Positions 45,179 to 54,536 of a stretch of DNA of 63,165 bases are shown piece after piece. The position numbers and the translations under genes were made by a program. The notes under the pieces are model-generated. The model did not search any database. It was not told the origin of the DNA and was given only the letters and a program-made list of their open reading frames with translations. How positions within the stretch are numbered: position 1 is the stretch's first letter; every line of letters begins with the position of its first letter. This DNA is from an uncultured Candidatus Saccharibacteria bacterium (lineage in GTDB: Bacteria; Patescibacteriota; Minisyncoccia; Phycocordibacterales; PALSA-1337), in assembly GCA_964596595.1 (NCBI GenBank), contig CAZQUI010000004.1, positions 1-63,165 on the forward strand, given 5' to 3'.

Positions 45179-45328
45179 TTACCTGAGCTGCTGAGCACTC
45201 CGAACAATTCCACGTCGGCCATGATGACCAGGTTTCAGGCCGCTGGCGTTCACACCGGCAATCAAAGAGAGACGTTGCAGGGGTTTTCCATTATCCTGAC
45301 CGCGGAGGTGCTTTCGGTATTTTGACAT
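45179..45328 (-). CDS. putative 49-aa highly basic small protein (MSKYRKHLRGQDNGKPLQRLSLIAGVNASGLKPGHHGRRGIVRSAQQLR)
   Basis: Translated by hand; ATG to TAA fills the GC-richer island exactly; AAAGAG upstream, strong hairpin downstream. Confidence 0.6.
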   Translation of the reverse strand: MSKYRKHLRGQDNGKPLQRLSLIAGVNASGLKPGHHGRRGIVRSAQQLR

Positions 45329-45422
45329 AACTCTGTACTCTTTTTGGTTTTTGTTAGAACAGAACTACGGTTCGGTGTTAAATAATAAATATAAATAATA
45401 AAAAAGTCAAAACGTAAACAAG

Positions 45423-46028
45423 TTATAATCCGGTAAACAGACTAAAGACAACAGAAACTAAAGGTGAAACTAGACCCCACAAGAAAAATACTACCACTAA
45501 AATAAACAATGGAGCATACGTTTCCAAAGTCATACGTAAACGACCATATTGATTTGGTAAAATAGCAAAAAGTAACTTAGAACCATCAAGCGGTGGTAAT
45601 GGTATCAAATTGAATATTGCCAAAATTATATTTATAAGAACAACATATGTTGATATTTCGACAAATGGAGTGATAAATGGATCACCTTGTATAACAAGAC
45701 GAATTACCGTTCCAAAAATCAAAGCAATAGCAAGATTTGATACGGGACCTGCGGCGGCAATAAGAAATTCTCCCCTGCGTTTATTTTTTATATTATATGG
45801 ATTGTATTGTACTGGCTTGGCCCAACCAAAAGTAAAACCAGCCAAAGATGTAACAATCGGAACAATAACTGAGCCCACAGGATCAAGATGTTTGAGAGGA
45901 TTGAGTGTTAATCTTCCCTGTAATCGAGGAGTAGGATCACCCAAGAAATCAGCCATGTAACCATGAGAAAGTTCATGAACCACTACCGATAACACGAGAA
46001 TAGAAATAGAAAAAATAGTAATGAGCAT
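45423..46028 (-). CDS. site-2 protease family (M50) intramembrane metalloprotease
   Basis: VVHELSHG, RLTLNPLKHLDP.G, GWAKPV, AAAGPVSN, FNLIPLPPLDG. Confidence 0.95.
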   Translation of the reverse strand: MLITIFSISILVLSVVVHELSHGYMADFLGDPTPRLQGRLTLNPLKHLDPVGSVIVPIVTSLAGFTFGWAKPVQYNPYNIKNKRRGEFLIAAAGPVSNLAIALIFGTVIRLVIQGDPFITPFVEISTYVVLINIILAIFNLIPLPPLDGSKLLFAILPNQYGRLRMTLETYAPLFILVVVFFLWGLVSPLVSVVFSLFTGL

Positions 46029-46140
46029 AAATAATTATTTAATTAAAAGATCTTAGTCATTGTAACTCAATACGATATAGTTACCAAAATAGATATTGCA
46101 AAACAATGAATACCTATGTTAGGATGCTTTAACTAATCAA

Positions 46141-46383
46141 ATGGCCAAAATCTGCGAAATAACTAAAAGAGGTTCAATTATGGGAGGGCGCTACTCTAAC
46201 GCTACTCGTGCTACCCAATTTAATCCTTGCGGCAATATACGTCGTTACGTAAATCTCCAAAAAAAGCGTATTTATGTACCTGAACTAAAAAAGACTGTAA
46301 TTGTTACTATGTCTACTCGTGCACTCCGAACAATCCAAAAAAATGGTGCTTTCCGAACTCTCAAAAAAGCTGGTGTAATTTAA
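46141..46383 (+). CDS. rpmB: 50S ribosomal protein L28
   Basis: MAKICEIT, RRYVNLQKKR, STRALRTI. Confidence 0.9.
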   Translation: MAKICEITKRGSIMGGRYSNATRATQFNPCGNIRRYVNLQKKRIYVPELKKTVIVTMSTRALRTIQKNGAFRTLKKAGVI

Positions 46384-47258
46384 AATTTTAAATTGCTAAC
46401 CTCTACTGATTTTCCATTGGAAATAATCTTTACGGTCTTTTCTTTAGCATTAAAACGTCTTTCAAATGGTACAAAAATAACCTCTGGTGATTTGCTAGTA
46501 ACTTGAGAGTAAATAAAATAATTTGGTTTTAATTTTTCTATAAAATTTCTGCTTATATTTGCCCACACCGCACCCTGATTAATAATCAGAACATCAATTG
46601 GTTTATCAGATTGATACTGGGAATTAATATAATTTTGAATTTTCTTTGAAGAATCCCCTAATGAAATGATACTGGTTCCTTTGTATGATAATTTAAAAAC
46701 TATTTCTGGTGAGCTTGCTTTTGAATAATTAAACTCATCTGTACTAGAAGGAAAAAGAATGTTTAAAACAGTTTCACCTAAAACCTTGTCACTATCAATA
46801 ACTACTTTTTCTGATTCACCAATTTCTCTGATAGAGACTTTTTTCTGACGAGCAACTTTTAACAACTCCACATAAGATGAATCGGTAGAGCTAGCCAAAT
46901 TTAAACTTTTTAATGTTAAAGCTGGTACAACCAACTGATCGACTTTATATCTTTCTAAAATACCGACTAAACCTGCTACATTTTTCTTTTGGGTATCTGT
47001 AACCATTGCAATATCAATTCTACGAGAATAAAAAGGGAGTATTTTACTAATATGACGAATAATTTCAGAATTACTACCTCCATTTATAATTATTCTCTTA
47101 TCATTGGGAGTTCGAATAAAAGCAGCATTGCCATTTTTTAGACTCAGGGCGTATATTTCTAAAATTTTTAACCTGTTTTCTTGTTTCCATACATATATTA
47201 CCGTTCCAATACTTATTAAAAATACAAAAAAAAATTTTGAAAAAATTAATTTTTTCAT
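46380..47258 (-). CDS. degenerate ComEC-associated metallo-beta-lactamase-fold protein
   Basis: N-terminal TM; GNAAFIRTPNDKRIIINGG and LPFYSRRID match the ComEC MBL scaffold, but the THxDxDH motif reads TDTQKKN. Confidence 0.75.
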   Translation of the reverse strand: MKKLIFSKFFFVFLISIGTVIYVWKQENRLKILEIYALSLKNGNAAFIRTPNDKRIIINGGSNSEIIRHISKILPFYSRRIDIAMVTDTQKKNVAGLVGILERYKVDQLVVPALTLKSLNLASSTDSSYVELLKVARQKKVSIREIGESEKVVIDSDKVLGETVLNILFPSSTDEFNYSKASSPEIVFKLSYKGTSIISLGDSSKKIQNYINSQYQSDKPIDVLIINQGAVWANISRNFIEKLKPNYFIYSQVTSKSPEVIFVPFERRFNAKEKTVKIISNGKSVEVSNLKF

Positions 47259-47372
47259 TACACTAAAATACCACTACATAATGAATAATTTATGAAAAAA
47301 TAATAAAAAAATCATGAATATAAAAATATGATACTATTGTTTATTATGATTAAAAATACTAATAGATAATAT

Positions 47373-47774
47373 ATGCTAAAAGAATTTAAACAATTTTTAC
47401 TCAGAGGTAATGTCGTCGATCTGGCAGTCGGTGTGGTTATTGGCGCAGCTTTTGGCACAGTAGTTACCGCTTTAGTCACAGATTTACTTACCCCATTTAT
47501 TGCCGCAATTGCAAAAGTCCCAGATTTTTCAGGATTAATGTTTACAATAAATGATAGTAAATTTATGTATGGGCATTTTATCAACTCTCTAATCTCATTT
47601 ATATTAATAGCTGCCGCCATATTCTTTTTTGTAGTAAAACCAATGAATCTTCTTATTTCCAAATCACGAAAAGAAGAACTAACTCAACCTACAACCAAAA
47701 AATGCACCGAGTGTTTGAGTGAAATACCACTTTCTGCAAAAAGATGCGCACACTGTACACAAGTCATAGCGTAA
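47373..47774 (+). CDS. mscL: large-conductance mechanosensitive channel with C-terminal Cys4 ribbon
   Basis: MLKEFKQFLLRGNVVDLAVGVVIGAAF; tail CTECLSEIP..AKRCAHC. Confidence 0.96.
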   Translation: MLKEFKQFLLRGNVVDLAVGVVIGAAFGTVVTALVTDLLTPFIAAIAKVPDFSGLMFTINDSKFMYGHFINSLISFILIAAAIFFFVVKPMNLLISKSRKEELTQPTTKKCTECLSEIPLSAKRCAHCTQVIA

Positions 47775-47801
47775 AATTTTAATTAAAATAAACACAATAT
47801 C

Positions 47802-48404
47802 ATGACCACATTTTCTGAAAAAAAATTTTCTATTCCGGAACTCAAAGGCATATCAGCTAAAAATATTGAGGAGCATTTAAAACTTTACGCGGGCTATGTA
47901 AAACACGCCAATCTAATTCAAGAAAAAATTATAGAACTAAAAAAAGATAGTGAAAAAAATGCTTATGCTTTAGCTGAAGTAAATCGTCGTTTTGGTTTTG
48001 AATACAACGGTATGCGAAATCATGAAGTTTATTTTTCCTCACTTGAAGGTGGTGCTCAAGAACTTGCTGCAGATAGTGACTTGCGAAGCATGATAGTTGA
48101 AACTTGGGGTACATATGATGTCTGGCTAGCAGAATTTAAAGCAATAGCCATGACACGCGGTATCGGTTGGGCTATGCTCTATCATGAGCGAAAAGACAAC
48201 AGACTGCTCAATGCCTGGATTGACGAACAACACCTCGGACAATTACAAGACTGCACTCTCGTCCTAGCTCTCGATATGTGGGAACATTCTTACGTGGCCG
48301 ACTATCAACCTTCAGGAAAGAAAAATTACATTGAAGATTTTTTTGCAAATCTTAACTGGAAAAACGTTGAACATAACTATATATCATCTTGGCCGCAAAA
48401 ATAA
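47802..48404 (+). CDS. Fe/Mn superoxide dismutase
   Basis: EEHLKLYAGYV, NHEVYF, GIGW, ALDMWEHSY. Confidence 0.93.
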   Translation: MTTFSEKKFSIPELKGISAKNIEEHLKLYAGYVKHANLIQEKIIELKKDSEKNAYALAEVNRRFGFEYNGMRNHEVYFSSLEGGAQELAADSDLRSMIVETWGTYDVWLAEFKAIAMTRGIGWAMLYHERKDNRLLNAWIDEQHLGQLQDCTLVLALDMWEHSYVADYQPSGKKNYIEDFFANLNWKNVEHNYISSWPQK

Positions 48405-48409
48405 ACTCT

Positions 48410-48823
48410 CTAAACATCAAACTCATCCATAAGCTTGTCTGAAGCTTCTTTAAACATTTTTTCATATTTACTTTCCCATTCAGAAAAAATATTTGTCTTA
48501 ATACCAAGATCTTCAAGATCCTTGATTTTTAAATCATTTTTCTTCTGTTCTTTTTCAAAATGAGATTTATCTAAATTACCATACAACATCTGATTTTGTT
48601 CCCCATGTTCACTTAAATCAGAAATAATATCAGCAAGACATTTACGTATACCGTAAAATAAAGCTAACTTTTTCTCTGAAAGACTTGGTTCCATCAAGGT
48701 TGATTCAACCTGATCCTGAACTTGAAAAAGTTCAAATGGCATATCACGTATCATACTATAAAACTTTTTAAGATTCGGATCAGAGATATGATCTGTTAAT
48801 TTATTATTATCCATGTTTTTCAT
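48410..48823 (-). CDS. hypothetical charged helical protein
   Basis: 137-aa ORF filling the gap between sod and comEC. Confidence 0.65.
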   Translation of the reverse strand: MKNMDNNKLTDHISDPNLKKFYSMIRDMPFELFQVQDQVESTLMEPSLSEKKLALFYGIRKCLADIISDLSEHGEQNQMLYGNLDKSHFEKEQKKNDLKIKDLEDLGIKTNIFSEWESKYEKMFKEASDKLMDEFDV

Positions 48824-48842
48824 ATTATCATAAAAAAAATAG

Positions 48843-50213
48843 TTAGCTTGAAATTTTAACTGGATTAGGAAGTTTCATCTTCATATAAAATATAAAATAA
48901 ATAAAATACACCCCCACTACAATCCAACCAGAAAATTGTGGAAAATGAATGGTAGCCAGAGGAATACGAGCAGAATATTCTACAATTAAAAGCTCATAAG
49001 AAAGCAATCCGTGAGCTAACCAAGCAATAGTTTGTGAAATTTGAACTGAAATAAAACCTGTTATACCAGTCAAAAATACAGCTAACATAGTCAGTGGTAC
49101 AAACGGTAAAACCAGAATATTAGAAATAAATCCAACAATAGAAATGCTACCCATCATATAGATAATATAAGGCGAAACAAAAATCTGTGTGGCTATACTC
49201 GAGGCCACGATACCACGAATCCCAAACTTTTCCGTAATAAAACCCAACCGTGCTTCTATGGGTGAAGAAAGCAGAATGAGTCCAAATGTGGCTAAAAAAG
49301 AAAGTTGAAATGAGGGATCGTGTAAGAGAATTAGTGGATTTTGAATAATCATAATTAATCCTGCCAAAAAGAGCGCTCGCTTTACCTGATAATCTCGACG
49401 TAAAAAATCGGCGAACAAAGCAATACTCGACATGCAACACGAACGAACGACAGTGGCACCTCCGCCAACGAGTATTCCGAAAGCAACAATACCCAAAGCT
49501 CCCGCTATAATTCCCCAAACACGTGGCAAAAAAGAAAGTAACTTTCTCAAAGCATCGGCCACAATAGTAATGTTGTAACCAGACAAAACAACAATATGAA
49601 TAAGACCAACTGTCCTAAAATTGGCAATCAGTTCGGCCCCCAGAGCACTCTTCTCCCCTACTAAAAGTCCAGCAGCCAAAGCTGAATGTGGTTCACCTAA
49701 AACTTTTTCCAAATTATTTACAAATTTTCTTTTTAATAAATAAAGTATTGAGGAAATATTTTTAGAACCAGAACCAATAAAATTAACTTGAGCACTTTTG
49801 ATTTCATAAAAAACATGATCTTTGGCCAAATATCCTTCATAGTCAAACTCTCGACCATCATCGCTCCGAAAATTAAAAGGTTTTGAAAGTCTTCCTTGAA
49901 ATGAAATTTCATCACCGTAAACAAAACGTGGATACAAAGGTGTTTTCATTCTAACTAAAACATCTTGAGCACACGACGATGATTTTGATTTTAAAATATC
50001 CTCTTCTGTAACCGGCTTTAATTTATTTACCAAAACCACAAAAACTTGACCGGTTTCCTTACGTTCTGGTTCTTGAATAATTTTACCTGTACCAATCGAA
50101 ACCTGTTTTAAACAAATACCTATATCTGGTTTTTGGATTTCAAATGAAAAATATAACCTTATAATTGCAACAAATACAAATAAGCTCCAAAATATAAAAA
50201 CTCCTCTTTTCAT
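48843..50213 (-). CDS. comEC: ComEC/Rec2 competence channel (OB plus Competence domain, no MBL)
   Basis: DYEGYL, GLIHIVVLSGYNI, VVRS, SFQLSFLAT. Confidence 0.95.
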   Translation of the reverse strand: MKRGVFIFWSLFVFVAIIRLYFSFEIQKPDIGICLKQVSIGTGKIIQEPERKETGQVFVVLVNKLKPVTEEDILKSKSSSCAQDVLVRMKTPLYPRFVYGDEISFQGRLSKPFNFRSDDGREFDYEGYLAKDHVFYEIKSAQVNFIGSGSKNISSILYLLKRKFVNNLEKVLGEPHSALAAGLLVGEKSALGAELIANFRTVGLIHIVVLSGYNITIVADALRKLLSFLPRVWGIIAGALGIVAFGILVGGGATVVRSCCMSSIALFADFLRRDYQVKRALFLAGLIMIIQNPLILLHDPSFQLSFLATFGLILLSSPIEARLGFITEKFGIRGIVASSIATQIFVSPYIIYMMGSISIVGFISNILVLPFVPLTMLAVFLTGITGFISVQISQTIAWLAHGLLSYELLIVEYSARIPLATIHFPQFSGWIVVGVYFIYFIFYMKMKLPNPVKISS

Positions 50214-50258
50214 AGAAAGATTTTATATTTTCAAAATAAATATATTGTGAAAAAACTT

Positions 50259-50993
50259 TCAAAAACTAGTGAATTTTTTGATAATTTCTTGCTCCTCTTC
50301 TTTATTAAAAGATTTTTGAAACCGAGCCTTTACACCTTTTACTCGCTTTTCACATTCTGGCCAGGTTTTATGAATTTCAATTTTTCCATCAACCAAACTA
50401 ACGTAAGAATAGGCTTTGGCAGAAGATCGTGAAGAAGATGATTTTTTATCATTTAATTTCATTTGATCATGAGATATATCGGTAATATCTTTTATTGAAT
50501 ACCTCGAAACAGATCCCTTATAGAGCTCAATTTTTAAATCATCAGCAAAAGCTGTGGCAATTTCATCGCACCTTTCATTGCCTTTTATACCAATATGACC
50601 ACCGACATATTGCCACGAGATAGATTTACCCTGAACCAACTCATCCAATTCCATCCACAAATCTTTATTAATAACGTCTTCTTTGGCTTGAGTCATCCAA
50701 CCATTTCGCTTCCACCCTTTAATCCATTGAGTAATACCTTTAATGACATAAGAAGAATCGGTGTAAATTTTTACAGAATAATCATCTTTATTTTTGATAT
50801 TTTTCAAACCTTCTATGACTGCTTTTAATTCCATCTTATTATTTGTAGTTTTTTCTTCTCTTCCACCCAGCTCGGTAACTATCGCGTTACCATTTTCCAT
50901 TTGAACTTTTTCATTTTCAATTATGATCGTTCCCCATCCTCCTGGACCAGGATTACCACGTGATGATCCATCAGTAAAAATAATTATTTCCAT
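50259..50993 (-). CDS. rnhA: ribonuclease HI with C-terminal hybrid-binding (viroplasmin-like) domain
   Basis: FTDGSSRGNPGPGGWG, TTNNKMEL, YTDSSY, GHIG..GNERCD; tail HKTWPECEKRVKG. Confidence 0.95.
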   Translation of the reverse strand: MEIIIFTDGSSRGNPGPGGWGTIIIENEKVQMENGNAIVTELGGREEKTTNNKMELKAVIEGLKNIKNKDDYSVKIYTDSSYVIKGITQWIKGWKRNGWMTQAKEDVINKDLWMELDELVQGKSISWQYVGGHIGIKGNERCDEIATAFADDLKIELYKGSVSRYSIKDITDISHDQMKLNDKKSSSSRSSAKAYSYVSLVDGKIEIHKTWPECEKRVKGVKARFQKSFNKEEEQEIIKKFTSF

Positions 50994-51002
50994 AAAAATA
51001 TA

Positions 51003-52733
51003 CTAACACACATCCACAACTCTTAACCTTAATTCTGTTTTACCAGCAAAATAAGATTTTTCTATAGAAGCCAGCAAATCTATTGGAGTATTTTCCATAA
51101 TTAACTTTGCCCAATTTTCAGTAGCCCCAAAAAAAGCGATGGCAGAAATCTTATTACCATTATCTTTTTTAAAAACTAATTCAATATGATCTTTTGATTT
51201 ACCGAAATGGCGAATAGATGTTGGTGAAACTTTCTTGAAAAGAAAAACTGGTTTTGAATTACCTGTTCCAAAAGGAGCCAATTTTGAAATTTCTTCTTGC
51301 AACCTCCAATCAACGTTGTTTAGGGATAACTCCATATCAACAATCAATTTTGATTCCTCAATATTTTGCTGATCTTTATTATTTAAAACAAAATCATTTG
51401 CTTCATTTAAATACTTTTCCAAGAAATGAATTTCTTCATTAGAGACAGCGAAACCACCAGAATGCTGGTGTCCACCAAAATGAGTGAAGACCCCACTCGG
51501 TACCTTGCGCATTAGTTCCACGATATTAGTTTTACCTTCTGAACGACAAGAACCTTTAATAACATCATCCCCATCTCTTCCCCAAAGAAAGACAGGACGA
51601 TCAAATTCTTCAGCACAAGAATTAGCAACCAGACCCAATAAAGATGGCCTCCAGGAAGGATTACCTAAAACAATCACCTGTGGAACTTTTCCTCCGTGAC
51701 GTTCTTTAATATTTTTTTTAACTTCTTTAACCAAAGAAGCAACTACTCCTTTACGTTCATTATTTATTTCTTCAATATGAGCAACATGAGAATATGCTTC
51801 ATTTTCATCTTCGGTTGAAAGTAAGTTGAAAGCATCCATAGGCACACCCATACGTGAAGCGGCGTTTATTCGTGGTGTAATCATGAAAGCAATGTCATCT
51901 TCAGTTAGATTTTTTTGAGAAATACTGAGCTTAGAAAGCAGTCTCATTAGACCCTTTCGAGGACTTTTACGTAAAACAGTTAGTCCGTAATATGCCAAAA
52001 CTCTATTTTCTCCAGTTAAAGGAACCATGTCCGAAAGAGTGGCGATACCGACCATATCTAATAACCATTTTTCTTGACCATCTTTAAGATCAAAACGATT
52101 TTTCGATAAAATAGCCTGGACTAATTTATATGCAGTTCCTGAACCGCACAGATTTTTATCGGGATATAAGCAATTTTTTTGCTTATGATTGACTATCGCA
52201 AAAGCTGGAGGCAAAACAGGGGGAGGTTCATGATGATCAGTAATGATGACATCAATATTTTTTTCACAGGCACAAGTAACAGCGGCAAAATCAGTAATTC
52301 CACAATCAATAGTGATAATTAATTTAACTCCCTGATTAGCTAATTCTTCTACTGCTGCAACATGCACGCCAAAACCCTCATCATGTCGATGTGGAATATA
52401 AACAATAAAATTTTTAAAATTTATTTTATTAAAAAAATCAGCAAACATAACTGCTCCGGGTATACCATCAGCATCATAATCAGAATAAATAGCAATCTTT
52501 TCATTGCTTTCTACTGACTGGATAATCCTTAACGCAGCTTTTTCTGCATCTTTAAGTAAAAAAGGGTCATGAATATCGCGATCATAATTTGGTTCTATAA
52601 ATTTTTGACCTGTCTGATTGTTTGTAATACCACGATAAAACAAAAGATGAGCCATAACATCAGAAAAAGTGTTTAGTTCCTGTCTTTGAGAAGAAGTAAG
52701 CTTTGGGCGAATAGAATAAGAAGAAATGGACAT
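51003..52733 (-). CDS. recJ: single-stranded DNA exonuclease RecJ
   Basis: YSDYDADG, ITIDCG, ITDHH, LSDMVPL, PRINAASRM, FGGH; start moved to 52733. Confidence 0.97.
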   Translation of the reverse strand: MSISSYSIRPKLTSSQRQELNTFSDVMAHLLFYRGITNNQTGQKFIEPNYDRDIHDPFLLKDAEKAALRIIQSVESNEKIAIYSDYDADGIPGAVMFADFFNKINFKNFIVYIPHRHDEGFGVHVAAVEELANQGVKLIITIDCGITDFAAVTCACEKNIDVIITDHHEPPPVLPPAFAIVNHKQKNCLYPDKNLCGSGTAYKLVQAILSKNRFDLKDGQEKWLLDMVGIATLSDMVPLTGENRVLAYYGLTVLRKSPRKGLMRLLSKLSISQKNLTEDDIAFMITPRINAASRMGVPMDAFNLLSTEDENEAYSHVAHIEEINNERKGVVASLVKEVKKNIKERHGGKVPQVIVLGNPSWRPSLLGLVANSCAEEFDRPVFLWGRDGDDVIKGSCRSEGKTNIVELMRKVPSGVFTHFGGHQHSGGFAVSNEEIHFLEKYLNEANDFVLNNKDQQNIEESKLIVDMELSLNNVDWRLQEEISKLAPFGTGNSKPVFLFKKVSPTSIRHFGKSKDHIELVFKKDNGNKISAIAFFGATENWAKLIMENTPIDLLASIEKSYFAGKTELRLRVVDVC

Positions 52734-52864
52734 TGGGATATTATACCCTACAAACAAAATTAAGCGGGTTATCTTGTATTTTGTTTTTTGCAAGATTATC
52801 ACCACAAATGACAACCTGCTTAATACAGCTAGACTAAAAATTTTTATAGCATTAAAATATCCCT

Positions 52865-53248
52865 ATGCCTGAATGCATATTTTGTAAAATAGTTAAAAAA
52901 GAAATCCCTGCCTATATTGTCTACGAAGATGAAAATTTTTTAGCTTTCCTGGATATTCACCCTCAATCTCCTGGTCACACACAAGTAATACCCAAACAAC
53001 ACTATCGTTGGGTTTGGGATGTACCACCTATAGCAAGCAGTGGTCCAACTATTGGAAAATACTTCGAAATAGCACAAAAAATCGCCCAAGCCCAACAAAA
53101 AGCATTTAAAACAGGCTGGATCCTAAGTAAAATTATGGGAGACGAGATTCCTCATGCTCATATCTGGATTTTTCCAAACAACAATATCTTAGGTGACAAA
53201 AGTGATTTTGAAATAAATAAAAATAAAATTATTGAAAATCTTCAGTAA
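52865..53248 (+). CDS. HIT family nucleotide hydrolase (HxHxW variant)
   Basis: CIFCKIV, AFLDIHP..PGHT.VIPKQH, PHAHIWIFP. Confidence 0.92.
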   Translation: MPECIFCKIVKKEIPAYIVYEDENFLAFLDIHPQSPGHTQVIPKQHYRWVWDVPPIASSGPTIGKYFEIAQKIAQAQQKAFKTGWILSKIMGDEIPHAHIWIFPNNNILGDKSDFEINKNKIIENLQ

Positions 53249-53258
53249 GATCTACATA

Positions 53259-54395
53259 TCATTCCATTGATTCGTTCAACGCTTCAATAGCCGGCAAGGT
53301 TCCTTTAGCGAGAAAATCTAGCATTGCTCCTCCACCCGTAGAAATAAAAGTAAATTTATCTTCCAAACCTAGAGCAGCAATTGCCGCCAATGTATCCCCT
53401 CCACCGACAATCGTCTCGGCTCCAAGTGAGGTCGCTTCACTAATTATTTTAGCTAAAGCCAGAGTTGATTCTTGATAACCATTTTCATACAAACCTAATG
53501 GACCATTCCAGAGAATGAATTTTGATGATAAAACTTTTTCTTTGATCATCTCAATAGTCTTTGGTCCAGAATCCATAATCTTATCTTCTGAAGAAAGATC
53601 GTTAATCAACTTTTTATCTTTTTGTTCATTGGCTATATCTATAGGTAAAATAATTTTGGAATTATTTAGATATGGCGAGAGATCGATGTTGCCTTTTGAG
53701 ACAAGAGAGGAACCGATTCCGTAACCTTTGGCCTTAAAAAAATCGTTAGCCAAAGCTCCACCCACAAAAACATGATCCGCTGTAACTAAAAACTTTTCCA
53801 AAAGTGGTAATTTTGTTTCAAATTTTGCTCCACCAAGAACAAATAAAAACGGATGTGGAGGATTGAAAGCTTTAGATAAATGCGCGATCTCTTTTTCCAA
53901 CTGTGTCCCCGCATACCCAGGAATAAGTTTCGGTACTCCAACCAAAGAAGCATGTTCTCGGTGAGAGACAGAAAAAGCTTCATTTACATATATATCTGCC
54001 AATGAAGCCAGAGCTTTTGCAAATTTTAACTCATTATTTATTTCACTTTCTTCAAAAGAACGAAGATTCTCCAAAAGAAGACACTCTCCATCAGCTAAAT
54101 CTGACTCAACAGTTTCATGAGCATTGCGAATATTTTTAACAAATTTTACTGGCACCCCAAGAGAAACCAGTTTATCTGCCACTGGCTGCAAGGTACCATT
54201 TTGTCCATCGTTAGATTCTAAATGACTAATAAGAATAATCCTTGCTCCACCTTTGCGAAGAAATTCAATTGTGGGTAAAGTTGCTCGAATACGAAAATCC
54301 TCTACTACCACTCCGTTTTTTATTGGTACATTAAAATCAGCTCGGACCAAAACCTTTACTCCTTTTAAATTTTCGATGTCTTTCAAAGTTTTCAT
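53259..54395 (-). CDS. pgk: phosphoglycerate kinase
   Basis: VRADFNVP, LLENLR, YVNEAF..HR.HAS, LGGAK, WNGPLG, GGGDT, STGGGA. Confidence 0.98.
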   Translation of the reverse strand: MKTLKDIENLKGVKVLVRADFNVPIKNGVVVEDFRIRATLPTIEFLRKGGARIILISHLESNDGQNGTLQPVADKLVSLGVPVKFVKNIRNAHETVESDLADGECLLLENLRSFEESEINNELKFAKALASLADIYVNEAFSVSHREHASLVGVPKLIPGYAGTQLEKEIAHLSKAFNPPHPFLFVLGGAKFETKLPLLEKFLVTADHVFVGGALANDFFKAKGYGIGSSLVSKGNIDLSPYLNNSKIILPIDIANEQKDKKLINDLSSEDKIMDSGPKTIEMIKEKVLSSKFILWNGPLGLYENGYQESTLALAKIISEATSLGAETIVGGGDTLAAIAALGLEDKFTFISTGGGAMLDFLAKGTLPAIEALNESME

Positions 54396-54463
54396 GCAGA
54401 GTATTATAGCAGAGACAAAAGTTTGAGCGAGACCTACTCTCGCCCGAGGTCTAATCTTCGTAT

Positions 54464-54497
54464 AAAAAATAGCCCCGCGTTTTCGAAAAAACGCGGG
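54464..54497 (-). terminator. terminator of the inserted 54537-55172 gene
   Basis: CCCGCGTTTT-TTCG-AAAACGCGGG followed by GCTATTTTTT. Confidence 0.7.
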
Positions 54498-54536
54498 ACA
54501 AGATCAAAGGTCAAAGTACAAAGAGCCTACAGTGAC

